Positions 1 through 12,300 of a stretch of DNA of 64,000 bases are shown piece after piece (within the stretch, counting starts at the first letter, position 1; every line of letters begins with the position of its first letter). Both the position numbers and the translations under genes were made by a program. The notes under the pieces are model-generated. The model was not told the DNA's origin. It ran no database searches and saw only the letters and a program-made list of their open reading frames with translations. This stretch comes from Phallusia mammillata (taxonomy: Eukaryota), in NCBI GenBank assembly GCA_965637545.1, contig OZ281496.1, positions 8,370,001 to 8,434,000 of the forward strand, in the 5' to 3' direction.

Positions 1-1978
1 ATAACAAGAAAATCCGTAAGTCAACCGTGGCATATAGGATCAAATGGGAGGCTTTGGAAGACAAAGAAGTAAGAAAGAAGTTTGCATCGAGCATGTCATC
101 AAAGTTCAGACAACTTCCAGATGTATCTGAGGACATTGAGATGGAATGGGAATCATTCAAAACAGCCATAATTTCTTCTGCTGCGGAAAGTTGCGGGCGA
201 AAACGACTCAGAGTAACGAAGAACAAAAAGAAAACACCTTGGTGGAATGAGGATGTGAAACAAGTGATTAGTGCAAAGAAGGAGGCTTATAGGGCTTTGT
301 TGCAACACAGGTCTTCATCTGAATTACAATCGCGTTACTCGGAAGCGCGGAGAGCTGCCACTTTAGCAGTTAAAAAGTCCAAAGAGAAATCTTGGGAGGA
401 GTTTGGTCGACAGTTGGATTCCAACTACACATCGGCAAATAAAGTATTTTGGCAGACCATACGCCGTTTGCGTGGTAAGAGATCAAATGCCACAAGCTAC
501 ATCAAAGACACAAATGGAAACATCCTTCGTGAAGAAAGGGATATACTTGCACGATGGAGAGAATACTTTAAAGACCTTTTGAACCCAGTAAAGGCAACGC
601 CAATTGATACACAGCAAATAGTCCAACCAGGAGAAGAGGAAGTCTTCACAGCAGTCGAAGTTGCAATAGCAGTACGAGGGCTAAAATCCGGAAAGGCAGC
701 TGGTGAAGATGAAATCCGACCTGAAATGTTGAAAGCTCTTGGACGGGAAGGAATTCTGTGGTTAACACAAGTGTGTCAAGTGGCGTGGAAACTTGGCAAG
801 ACACCTAAAGACTGGCAAACGGGCGTAGTTATTCCCATTTTTAAAAAAGGCGATCGTAAGGAATGCACGAACTACAGAGGAATATCGTTGCTTAGTTTGC
901 CAGGAAAGGTGTATGCCAAATGCCTTGAACGAAAATGCCGAGAAATAGTGGAAACAAAACTGGAGGAGGGCCAGTGTGGTTTTCGTCCTGGTCGCAGCAC
1001 TACGGACCAAATCTTCACATTGAAGCAAGTCTTCGAGAAATCATGGGAATATGCCAAAGACGTATTCGCATGTTTCGTCGACCTTGAGAAGGCATTTGAT
1101 CGGATTCCTCGAGAAAAGCTTTGGGGAGTACTACAGGAACATGGCATCAATGGCCAGCTGTTGCTGGCCATAAAATCATTTTACAATCAGCCCGAGGTTT
1201 GTGTTCGCGTGAACGGCAAACAAACTAAACCATTCCATGTGGGGGTTGGTCTTCGGCAAGGATGTGTATTGTCACCACTCCTTTTCGTTATCTACATGAA
1301 CTGGATTGACAAGTGCAGCCTAACTGATGATTGTGTCACGATTGGAAGCTTTAAAATTAGTCGTTTGCTTTTTGCAGTGATGGGAGACAAGACACCGAAA
1401 TTGATTTTAGAACTGGAAAAGCAAGCTCTGTGATAAGGGCATTGCAGCTTTCGGTTGTCATGAAACGAGAATTGTCAAAGAAGGCAAAGATGGCGATATT
1501 TAAAACCATCTTCATTCCCATACTCACTTATGGTCATGAGGCGTGGATCATGACCGAGAAGGTGCGATCACAACTACAAGCATCTGAAATGAGGTTTTTG
1601 CGTAGGGTTGAACGGGTTACTTTACTTGACAAAGTACGTAGCTCCGAAATCCGCAAATCTCTAAGCGTCGATCCTCTACTTCTCAAAATCGAACGATCCC
1701 AGCTGAAATGGTTTGGCCATGTTAACAGAATGCCTCAGAAAAGGCTTCCCAAACAATCTCTGTTTGCAAAACCAAAAGGGAAGCGGCCCACTGGACGACC
1801 TCGAACTCGATGGTTAGATCAAGTTAAAAGCCTGGCCTGGAATCCCTTGGGAATTTATCCGGATGAACTGAAGGAAGTGGTGACTGACCGTGAAGTGTGG
1901 AGGCTCAATCTTGAGCTGCTGCCCCCGCGACCCTCAAAAGGATTAAGCGGGAAAGAAAAATGATGAATGATGATGATT
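1..1978 (+). mobile_element. RTE-clade non-LTR retrotransposon (LINE), 3' part; runs off the left edge of the window
   Basis: ORF 27-1433 carries RT motifs (KAAGED, DWQTGVVIPIFKKGD, NYRGISLL, QCGFRPGRSTTDQIF, FVDLEKAFD, GLRQGCVLSPLLF). ORF 1430-1963 matches the typical RTE C-terminus (KRELSKKAK...LTYGHEAW...SEMRFLRR...LKWFGHV...GRPRTRW). It ends in a short (TGA)n tail at about 1961-1978. Confidence 0.93.
27..1963 (+). pseudogene. Reverse transcriptase ORF of the RTE element, inactivated by an internal deletion with frameshift
   Basis: At about 1375 the RT reads ...SRLLFA and then jumps, in another frame, to SDGRQDTEIDFRTGKASSVIRAL. The catalytic DD of FADD and the following RT segment are missing. 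Confidence 0.85.
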
Positions 1979-2088
1979 ATTCAAATACATGAGTTATTAG
2001 CTCAAGAACCGTAATCTGGTTAGGTGCACGGTAGTAAGTTATCCACGAGTGCACCTAACTACCAATGTGTAAAAGCATTCTTACTCAC

Positions 2089-5000
2089 TTAACAGCAGGA
2101 CACATTGCGTAGACGCTCCCAGTTCTTCCATAAGCACGAAACTGAACAAAACCGGTCGGTAGAGGTTTTACACTTGGTGGCAACATCGAGTTAACCACTG
2201 AATCGTTTCCGATTGAAAATTGAACTGGTACCGAAAGCACGTCATCATCATACAAGCAATCTGGACCTGAAACAACAAGCTTTTTCAAATTGTTGTAAAG
2301 CATAAGTTCTCAGTTACATCAAATTATTTACTCACAAAAGTCAGTTTCTGTAATGATTTCCAATATTTTGTACGTTGCAGCTTTAATCTCAGTTTCGGTT
2401 ATTAAAACTCCATTTCTCCTACCAATTAAAATCGATTTTAGAAAAGTATTTTATTACAATGTTTGTTAGTACAATGCCAAACCCTTCCTATTACCTTGAA
2501 ATCATTGTGTAACCAAAAACTATATTTGATACAGCATTTTTAATTGACCATTCGAAAAAATAACTATTGCCGACGGGGTTGTATAAACTGATAATAGGCG
2601 TTCCAGATGATTTCCAAAGCTAAAAAGAAAAAAGTTAGAAATAAAAAAAATACTAAGTTTTTATTAAGTTATATCTTTTATTTATATAGGCAATCTTATA
2701 ATATTTGTTTAGAAGAAAATAATGCAGGAAATATTTTCGTCTATGCTATCAAATTCAGAATTTGCAAATGTGTGTAAACTGCAGTGTAACTCAAGTAACA
2801 ATTACCAAAAACAATTTTTAGTTTTTTATTGATTATCAGAAATTAATCGACAATCTTTTGGCTTTAAAATAAATTTGAAGGTACGTATTAAAAACAATTC
2901 CAGTCACAACTGTATTATATTACCTGCGTAAACTCCGTGACTTGAAACTATCTACTGATATTAGGTAAAACAAAGGTAAAACGTACCTCTGGATTATTGA
3001 CATAAAACCAAACATCACACAAGCTGGCATATGACGTTCCATTTCTACATTGTGATTGAAAATGCAAAAAGAAATCGTTGATAGTGTGGTTTCCCTCGTA
3101 GAGAACTACTGAATCAGTTACTGGTCTTTGACTGTATAACTAAAACGAACAAAGTTTAAATGGATAATTGAAAAATGTCATAACGCAGTATAAACGTACT
3201 TCGAAATTCATGTAATCAAAACAGTGGTCAAAATTTCCGATACCAAACAAAGCAAAAAAGGGACGCATTTTTCGACTTGAACTCATTATGTTTCCAATGC
3301 CGCATCTTTTACAGTTGATTATTTAGTTAAATTTTAACAACAAAAAAATTGCAATTTAAACATACGTAGCATCCAAATCATAATACACATAACGATTATA
3401 ATGATCAGAACAATCTATTTGATATTCGTATGGATAATTGCAACGATGTCTTGTGTAGAATCTGACCTGAACAAACACTTTTGTTATAATTTCCTTGATC
3501 ATATCAGAATGGCAATAGCATACCCTCATTCCGTAATTGTTTCCAAACAATTGACTATCATCCATCAAATAAGAATGAGAACCATAGTTGTAAAAATAGA
3601 AATCAGTAATTAAACTCGTGATTTCTGTGGATTTTTTCTCAAGTCGATTCAACATTGAATTCACATCAGGATAAAAAACTTTAAGCAAACATAAAACTTG
3701 CTTTAGTTTAGAGCGAATTAATTTACCAAATTTGGGAAGATTCCCTGCATACGTTTTTTAGAGTTCAACCGCAGGCTAATATACACTTACTGTTAAAATA
3801 CAGAAATTCATACATAATTATTTAGCAATTGGGACTTTCAACATTTATACTTTAGTGCACTTTAAAGGCAATCAGTAATGCTGAGAGGTACATAATCTTA
3901 TATTTGCAAAAGCTACATTTAAGGGTATTTCTTACCATTCTTGGAACTTATTTGATATCGAGAATTAAACATTTTTTGCATATTTCCTCCATAAAATTGC
4001 ATAAATCCGTTCTCTGTTTGATATTGCAAAAAACTTTGCTCTCTGCTGATCTCTAGTGGTGTTTGGTTTAAAACATGACGTAACATAACATCTTTTCCCT
4101 GAAATTGATTTCTCCATTGTAAAAAATGGGTTAAGTCACTTTTTATCAATATTTGCCTGATATTCAAAATAAGCTTGACTTTTAAAATCTGATCGTGTAC
4201 AAGTAGAAAATGTTCCAAATGCGTTTGTGTTCATCCAATTTTGGTAATCTGGAATTCAAGAAGCACGTAAAATGTTTTCTTGCATTAGTACAATATAACT
4301 TACCTATAATATTATCGTTGTTGTTTGACGATGTAACAAACCACAAATCACTATAACTTTCTTCTAAACTTAAATCATTGTCGTTGATAGTTGCAGCGAG
4401 AATCCATCCACCACCAGCAGCAACCATGTCACAGTAAACCTGTAAACAAAACTCGTTCGTAAGAGTACATTTGTTATTCTAAAAGTTGCAATGATGTCAT
4501 TGATGGATTGTCAGAAAAAAAAGACAGACCATCTTTTTTTACATTAAAGGCAGAATTCTCGTTAAAGGCAAAATTGTAAACAACTCTCAGTACGCCAGGC
4601 CCAGTGAAGGCCTTTCACCGACTTAGCCGGTCACCAGATATTTTCCACATAGATTTTTCGGTATAACGCCAACAATAGGCCTGGCGTGCTGTCATTTATA
4701 TATGTGTGTGCCGTGATTGCTGGTGTGCATGAACGCTTCCGGGCTGGTCTGCAATCAAGTAAACATCGTCATAAAATATAATTCCACACCTCAAACGATT
4801 TGAGTGACGGTTGTATGACGTAAATTCCATCTTTGAAGCCTGTGTCTCTCAGTTGAATACATGAACGAGCAGGATTTGGGAAAGTACCGAGCGGTGATTT
4901 TGTTGTCTCAGATTCTGTTGTGTTCAGAGTTGTTTGTCCTGTTGTCGGCGGTGCTGAGCAATACAGAAATTAGATTAAATATATCCTTTATTCATGCAAA

Positions 5001-6293
5001 ACTACGACAACTTTGTCTAAGTGGCTCCTTCAGCAAATTTTTTATTCAGTTGTGTTTACAGTTGTTTGTCCAGTTGCCTGTGGTGCTGAGCAATAGAAAC
5101 ACTATTTTTAATGAAACTTTTAGTTCTACAACACTGCACTAACTTTATTTAAGTTTTCAACCTCCCGTAATTATACTTGGAAAGTCTTTTATTCTTACAT
5201 TTGTGTCAAAAAGAAACATATAAGACTTACATTTAGATTAAAATGTTTGATAACAGCTGACTGCATAATGACTGGTTAATATTTTTTGGATATGTTTAAA
5301 CCCAAACATTTATTTTCAGTCAAGCTTAAAGTTAAAAACGTTTACAAAAATCAGTCTGAAGTACTCGTCAGAAACTCGATTATGGTTTATGACTTACTGT
5401 GATCAGTTGCTTCGTCTAAGTTCTGAAACAATAAAACGTGCAGTTTGCAGTCAAACGCAACAAGTGTAACAAGTTAACTGCACCTGTTTTCCTGTGAAAT
5501 TGAGTATCCCGAAAACTAGACCCAAAGCAGCCAGAATACCAACTGCGCACACCAAGACTACAATCCAGTTTGATGTGTTTGGTTTTGCAAAAAAAATTCT
5601 TGGACATTTTTTACCTGACTGCGTGTCGACAGTTTCTGTATAAAATAGAAGTCATTGTTTCTCTAAACGTAGCCTCTCCACCACAAAAAAACAGGAACTT
5701 TGTTGCATTAAAACCTATTGAAATAGGATTAGACTTAAAAATAAACTGTTTGAAATAAATTAACTGAGTTTGCAGGAGAAAACTGTTTTTTTTTGCGCTA
5801 CAGTGGTCATAAATGATGCAACAACCGTAGTTTAAACACAGTTTAAAGATTTGTTTGGTAGCACTCAACACAGATTTAAATGTACTGCGAGTTTTTTTTT
5901 TTATCAAGCATTTACAAAACAACTTACCAGAACTGTGTACAGTTTTAGGTGTTGGTGTTGTTTTAATGGATTCTTCATATACGTCTGTGGAAGATTCCAC
6001 GTACACATTTGAGAAGGGCCCCTGTCGTTCTGGTTTGAAGGGGAAAAGTCACAGTAAATATTCGAGAGTAAGTATTTGTGGTTTGTGTTATGTTTCGACA
6101 AACATTTTAAATATGTTACACAGCATTTTGGACAGATGTAAACAAAAAAATTGAAGAGATTTTTTGCAAAGTTAAAAATATCCTTTAAAATATTACCTCG
6201 TTTCTTTCTGTTTGCTGCAGGCTGGTAACGACCTTGTTTGATCTCAATAGTTTCGTAGTCACCAGCATCGTTGTTCACATAAGTATGAGCCAT
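2089..6293 (-). CDS. Type II transmembrane intelectin-like (fibrinogen-related) protein; spliced, with the 3' exons beyond the LINE and outside the window
   Basis: Phase-consistent exons in transcript order: 6293-6197, 6029-5928, 5635-5484, 5422-5398, 4953-4790, 4439-4304, 4248-4157, 4098-3936, 3678-3524, 3139-2987, 2619-2495, 2418-2336, 2266-2089; GT-AG introns except one GC-AG. The product contains the TM helix WIVVLVCAVGILAALGLVFGILNF and a Thr-rich stalk. It then reads NPARSCIQLRDTGFKDGIYVIQPSLKSFEVYCDMVAAGGGWILAA, NWMNTNAFGT...SDFKSQAYFEYQGKDVMLRHV...FLQYQTENGFM and VPVQFSIGND...TGFVQFRAY...AMCPAVK, which align by eye with the intelectin consensus (FCDM..GGGW; NWANYNTFG..SDDYKNPGYYDIQAKDL; AGFVQFRVF..ALC). 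Confidence 0.85.
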
Positions 6294-7139
6294 GTTTGAT
6301 TTCTGTTATAACCCGTAATACCTACCACTGACCTTCAACCTTAGTTGCATTAAGTATAACATACATACAAATTTTGGGTGTTTATATTGCTTTCCTTCAA
6401 AAATTTCTCGGTTTAAAGTTTTGCATCTCTATTAAAACATAAGGAAACGCCCTGACTTCAACAGAAAGTAGTCCAAGCCTTATGTCTATTATTCAAACTG
6501 CCGAAAACCTGACTCGATTTAAAGACCCGTTACCACGAATTACACCTTAAAAAGCATTGTATCGAAATCGTAAAGATTCTACCCTTTAGCTTTTTCCGGT
6601 CTCAACGTTTTATTGATAACATACGTCCGTGGTCTGAATCTTTTTTGATCTTGTTTCGTTTAATTCTGCTGAGGTACGTTGACTCAAACAAAATAATTAA
6701 ATTAGAAGTCACACAATGGACAAGAACTTGCGTCATTGTAGACTATATCCTAAAAGTTTCTCTCAGTTCATTTCAGTTAGAATTCTTAGTTACCAATTTG
6801 CAATCTTTTTTGAATTTCCGAATTAGATAGAAAGGTATTCACATTTCTCAACAGTTGTGTCTGTTTCAACATTTTAACCAAGATTTAATTGGGTTAAACT
6901 AATAAATACAAAACGCATATGATCATTTCATAATCATTGCAATATTACCAAACTATACAATAGTATACATTTTTAAAACATTTAAATGACTGCTGTCTGC
7001 TCACGCATCGTGTTACAAATGCTAAACAGAAAGTAATGTACATCACGTTCAAGTGGTTTTAACGGTAGTAAACCTATCGCCTTAAAAGAGTCGTTATCAC
7101 AAATGGTGTGCAATAAAACCGTCAGCAAGGTTGTTCAAT

Positions 7140-8260
7140 GTTTGTTAGGGTCGTAAAAATCTCCGTACTTGTATATTTTGCTGTTTCGCGTTGGGTTTTT
7201 GTGTACGAATTGTGTCTCGTACAATACAAACCCAAGTTAGTTTAAACCAGTCTAGTAATCCTGCTAATGTTATGTTTAAAATCCAAGTGTTGGTAAAAGT
7301 TATGTTACAGAATATGGCGCAAACGCTTGCTACTAACAAACTTTGAAATGCAAAAACTAACAAATAGCAAACGCAAAAAGGGAACCTGTGGGTGTGTGAT
7401 TGTATGACTATTTTTAACAGCATTGTTTCAAGTAAATAAACTGTTTCTGCCAGGCAAATTTGTAGCACTTCCAGTAGCTACCACTGCGCTTTTTGTGTCT
7501 CATCGCCCTTGTTGCTTTGTAGCAACTCTGTGTTTTCAATTTATATCACTGATGATGGTGTCTCGTATGGGACATCGAAATGTCGGCATATTATCAGAAA
7601 AACTGCTGGAAGAACTACAAGTTTGTTAAGTGTTTCTTCGGGCATTTAGCAATATAATAAAACGTTGTTGCTATTTACAACTGCTCAGAATATCCTTCTG
7701 CCTGCAACCGATAATGGGAACTGCCCCAATCTTTGAAATTTTTGACATTGTCGTAAAATTCTATGCAACACCAAGCTTCATGTTCAGAGGAACCGCTTAG
7801 TCTCATCATCGCAGTTCAGTCTGACATACTTGGATGACGTTTTCAAGATATTTACAAAAGATTCCTACAGGAAAAAATATTCATCTTGAACTAACAGCTT
7901 GACGACAAACACGACCTAGCGTCTTGAGAAATTTGCTTCTATATTTTAAAAAAAGTAGAGATTATGATTTCGATTCTTCATGTAGACAGACAGCATTGTT
8001 ACAAAACCAATACACTGTTACATGTTTAAGTTTATTACTACGTGATCAGGTTGCTTTTTTGAATGAGTTGCATCTAAACCCAACATAACGCAGCTTTACT
8101 GGACAAAACTTCAGCACTACGCAACTACTCAAATATACCGCTAGGTGGGATAAAGAGAGTCCAAAGCTCAAATCAAGATACTACTCATCCTGGAGCACTC
8201 ACAATAAAAGCTTAGCAAAGTTGATATTATGCATTCTTCTTTAGTTTTTTTACATTTTGC
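7140..8260 (+). pseudogene. Possible decayed leucine-rich-repeat gene fragment
   Basis: GNLWVCDC at 7380-7403 followed by ...QICST resembles an LRRCT cap. Scattered LRR-like strings (LPQSLKFLTLS*N at about 7720-7760, HVQRNRL, LNELHLN) are broken by stops and frameshifts. Confidence 0.3.
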
Positions 8261-9300
8261 GCTTGGAAATTCTTCGTTAAAAGTTACCTATTTTAAATAA
8301 AAACACAAAACTAATAACTTTTTGGTTTATGGTAGTTTGTTTTATATTTCATATATTTTCATGTAACTTTATTTCATATAAGAATAATAAACTCGCCACA
8401 CAAAGTAACAATACAGATAAAATTTCACAGCCCTTTTCTTTTTTGTTTCTGTTTTGAAAAGTTTTGGTTTAGACAAAGTTTTAGGCTAAAAATGGTTTTT
8501 ATAGTATTTTGCATTTTCAAACGTGATGATTACGGTAAATCACCCTTAAGCAAAACACGGTCAAATTTAGCCTTAAAGTGGTAGCAGCTAACTACATTGT
8601 GACTGCCCGATTCCCTGCTTTCAAAACGACAGAAGATTCACATGTTAACAACATTTTTTGTGTCTTTTGCTTTCTTGCACTAACAATTAGCAGTTATGCA
8701 TCATTTGGCACAGTACATTTTTTAAAATAGCCACCGTTGATAACAAGTGTTGTGATGACTTAAAATTTAAGTTGCTGAAAACATAATTGTAGGAACTCAG
8801 TTGCACTAAAACAATAACCAAGCCGGAAATAGCTGCTCAAACCTGAAACGCTATAGTGGAAGGCGCAATTGGTGGACAATGTCTAAACGCGCTACAGCTG
8901 CTTCGTATTACAAATCGTTAAGCGAGGAAAACTTGAAACACAATAAGTTTGGCGCACTGTAAGCAAAACTACAACTGTTGGAAACGTTGATTTGACCACT
9001 CAAGAGGGCTCAAAGCCGTTAAAGTAATCTTTCCCGTAATTAAATCTGTTTTATCACAACTAAGTTTGTGAATTGCTGTGTAAAATGTAGCTCATATTCA
9101 TAGAAAACAACACTTAACCAGCATCAGTTTTGATAATATTGGAGAATTAAAGTTTCACTTATAAAACGTACTTTATGTAATTGTTGAGTAATTGTATTAC
9201 ATACGGAAAGCAATGTGTGCTTTACCCAAGGAATTTACCAACGACAAATGTTAGAATGCAAACACATAACAATCTTGAGTATATGGGGAAAAACTTATAT

Positions 9301-12300
9301 CTACAGACGAATTTGTTTAGCTGTTGGGTTCAGGGAAATTTTGCTCCATACAAGGTAACCAGCTACCATCACTACAGCAGCTAGAAGAACAAACATCCCA
9401 AGTTGGAAGATGTTGTGAGCTGCTTCATTGGCTTCATCTCTATCTCCTGCAGTGTCTGCAATAAAAAAACGTTTAACTTAGATCTACACATATGAACGAG
9501 AACATATTTATTACATAAAATCTGCACTCAATTGAACTTTTAGGTTGGTCAACTTTAAACAATACTGTATATATAAATATCATCGTACGTCAGACCTGGA
9601 ACTGAACTTATATCTAATTAAGAACCTTAAAAAGGCATCTACATACAATATGAGTTAAACTAAACTTATAAAGGGGCAAGCATTTATTAAGTTTACAACT
9701 TTTTGCTTTCAAAGATTTTGCCAGAGACTTTGGTTGCGTATTCAAAAAGCCAATATTCGCTTATCGAAATAGGTATTGGAAATAGGAGATTAGAATAAGG
9801 TTGCAAGTTAAGTATAAATGATATTTCATTTGTTGTGCTGTTACCTTGCACATGCAAATACTTGGTAGTTTGTAGGATGTGCACTGGTCCTGTAGAAAGT
9901 CGTTGGTTGCGTCCATTGTTGTCAACAGATCGTCGACCTACACCTCCACATGTCTGCGAATAAATTAATACACTCAATTAATACACATAAATTAATATTG
10001 CATTAGGGATTTACCATTAAGTGTTTTAGTTTAAAAACTTGAAACAAATTTAGACACACCGAATCTGTCTAACTCTAAAAGATAATAGTGACAAAAAACT
10101 CTTAGGTAAACTTTTAACTTGGTTAACAGCATTTTCTAGTGTTTCATGTTTCGGAGAGAAATATTATCAACCCAACTCACCTGTCCAGGGCATTGTCCAG
10201 TTGAGTTTTGACAGACGGTCACGTCGCAGTGGATGTAGATAAATTGTTCTGCGTCGGTAAAGTTTGTCCACACAAAGCTCATCACCTTAAATGTTGCAAA
10301 GATGGATTCGTAATTTCGCATCAACATTTTTGCGTCGGCTGCCTCGCTTCCACTGGGTGGCGCATCGCATCTAATATTTTGACACGAGTTACGCACAGTC
10401 AAATAGGGAACGAAAATATAAGAAATAAGTATACAAGTAAAGCTTACCCGCTTTGTACAACAGGGTAGTTCGGCAAACCACTGGAGGTTTCAACGCGTGT
10501 GGCCCAACATTCTTCAAGCTGTGCACAAAAGTTGTAATTACAATCTATTCTGCGTAAATGGATAATTGGCGAGATCAAAACCAAATTACGAAGCCCGTTT
10601 TATAAACATCAGGTGAGGCACAACTTTGACATTTTCAAAAATGTTCTGGAAGCTCTAATCGATAATTCTTTGTTCCACAAGAAACTTTTTGTATTCAACG
10701 CACCCGAACAATATAGTCATCGCTGCTTGGAGAAATTTCATTTAGTCTGACTTCAGCAAAAATGTAGTTAGGTACAGTGACTTCTCCGGGCAAGCTTTCG
10801 TTGAAATGTTCGTTGGCAAAGAGATTGAGAGCGATATCAAAGTTTCCTGTATTCTGAGCTGAAATTTCAGCGGATCTACAAATAGGTTACATGTCTCAGA
10901 AATTGGTACTTTAGGCTTCAAGGTATCTTGATTTGAAATTTCAAGTTTCTATGGGTAAAAAGTAATGCACATTTTTCTGAGGATTTTGTCAAATTAACTG
11001 TAATTTCGAATTATTGTCTTTACCGTTTATTTTTTCCATGTTTTTTGACTAGCACTAAAAATCAAACTAAATTTCCTCAACAATTTCCTGCAAAAGCAAC
11101 GCTTGTGTGTGGCATGTTTTTTTCGCATTAAATGACGTTTGTCATTTTTATATTTCGCATATTGTTATTGTTGACTGTGGCATGTGACATGGGCTCCCGC
11201 ATCGAATGACATGTGCCATGTTTATATTTCTGATGTGGTCTGCTTTTTGCTTTGGTTTCTCACCCTGCTTGTGGTTGGACGTGGGATGACGAGAGAAATA
11301 GGTCTGCTTCAAATAGACAAGTCACATTGAGCTTGTTTTGAACGTCACGTTGGATCACGGCAGAGGATGGAGCTAGGTATCTCCAGATCAGGAAAGACGC
11401 CGATACATTGCCGTTCTCATTCTGTCACATATACAAATTTAGAAGCTGATCAAAATGTACAACAGCCAATCGCAACTTTATAGAATACAGACATTAAAGA
11501 GCTGAATACAATGTACACTTTCAATGCACACTTACTTTGATTTTGCTTTTGTAATGTATTTTAACAACTGATATTTTTCGTGTCACCTTGTAGAAGGCTT
11601 CGCATTGGCCAATGTCAAACACGAACACTGGATCTGATCCCGTGACCTTGCAGCTGTCATTGAGTTGAGAAGGGGGAGTTTCCCGGTTCAATGCGATGTA
11701 AAGTGTGTCACCGAGTTCGTAATCTAATGTCATCTGTTCATCAGCTGTGACTCTGCAATGATCAGGTTTTTGCTATTTACAGATCAATTTAATTCAACAT
11801 GTCTTCAAGGAATACATAGTAAAACCTTTTTTAGAACCACTATAAGAGAGAAAACAATGACTAAGCATGACGTGACACTACTATTACATCAAATGTGTAC
11901 AATATTGTAAGATGTATACATCGCTATTCTATCTTGAACATTATGTAGCCACGGTGTAGCTGCAGTGCGTTTAGCGCTCATCCGTCGATTGTGCCCTGCG
12001 CTGTTTTGCGCTCTATGACGTTTTAACGCTGCGCAGCTATTTCCGGCTTATTGATTGTTTTAATCCAGTGGTTCCCAAACTTTTTCATATTTTTTATCAA
12101 AACGGTCCCTTTGCCATTATTTCGACGGCTCGCGGTCCTTAAGCCTAAACGTGTATTTCATAAAAACGAAAGTTGATTGCAGGGTTTTAGCTAGTTATGC
12201 AAAATTGCGCATAACAATCATCCAAATACAGCATATGACATCACAAACAAGACAAAAAACATTACGATTGTGCGCGAACAATTGCATTTTTGATAGTTGT

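Noticed and set aside
3356-3688. Standalone 110-aa gene
   Set aside because: Only 3678-3524 is bounded by splice sites that chain in phase with neighbouring exons; the rest is read-through into intron.
5416-6293. ORFs 5416-5607, 5611-6006 and 5904-6293 as separate proteins
   Set aside because: They are partial overlaps with, or off-frame readings of, exons 1-3 of the intelectin-like gene.
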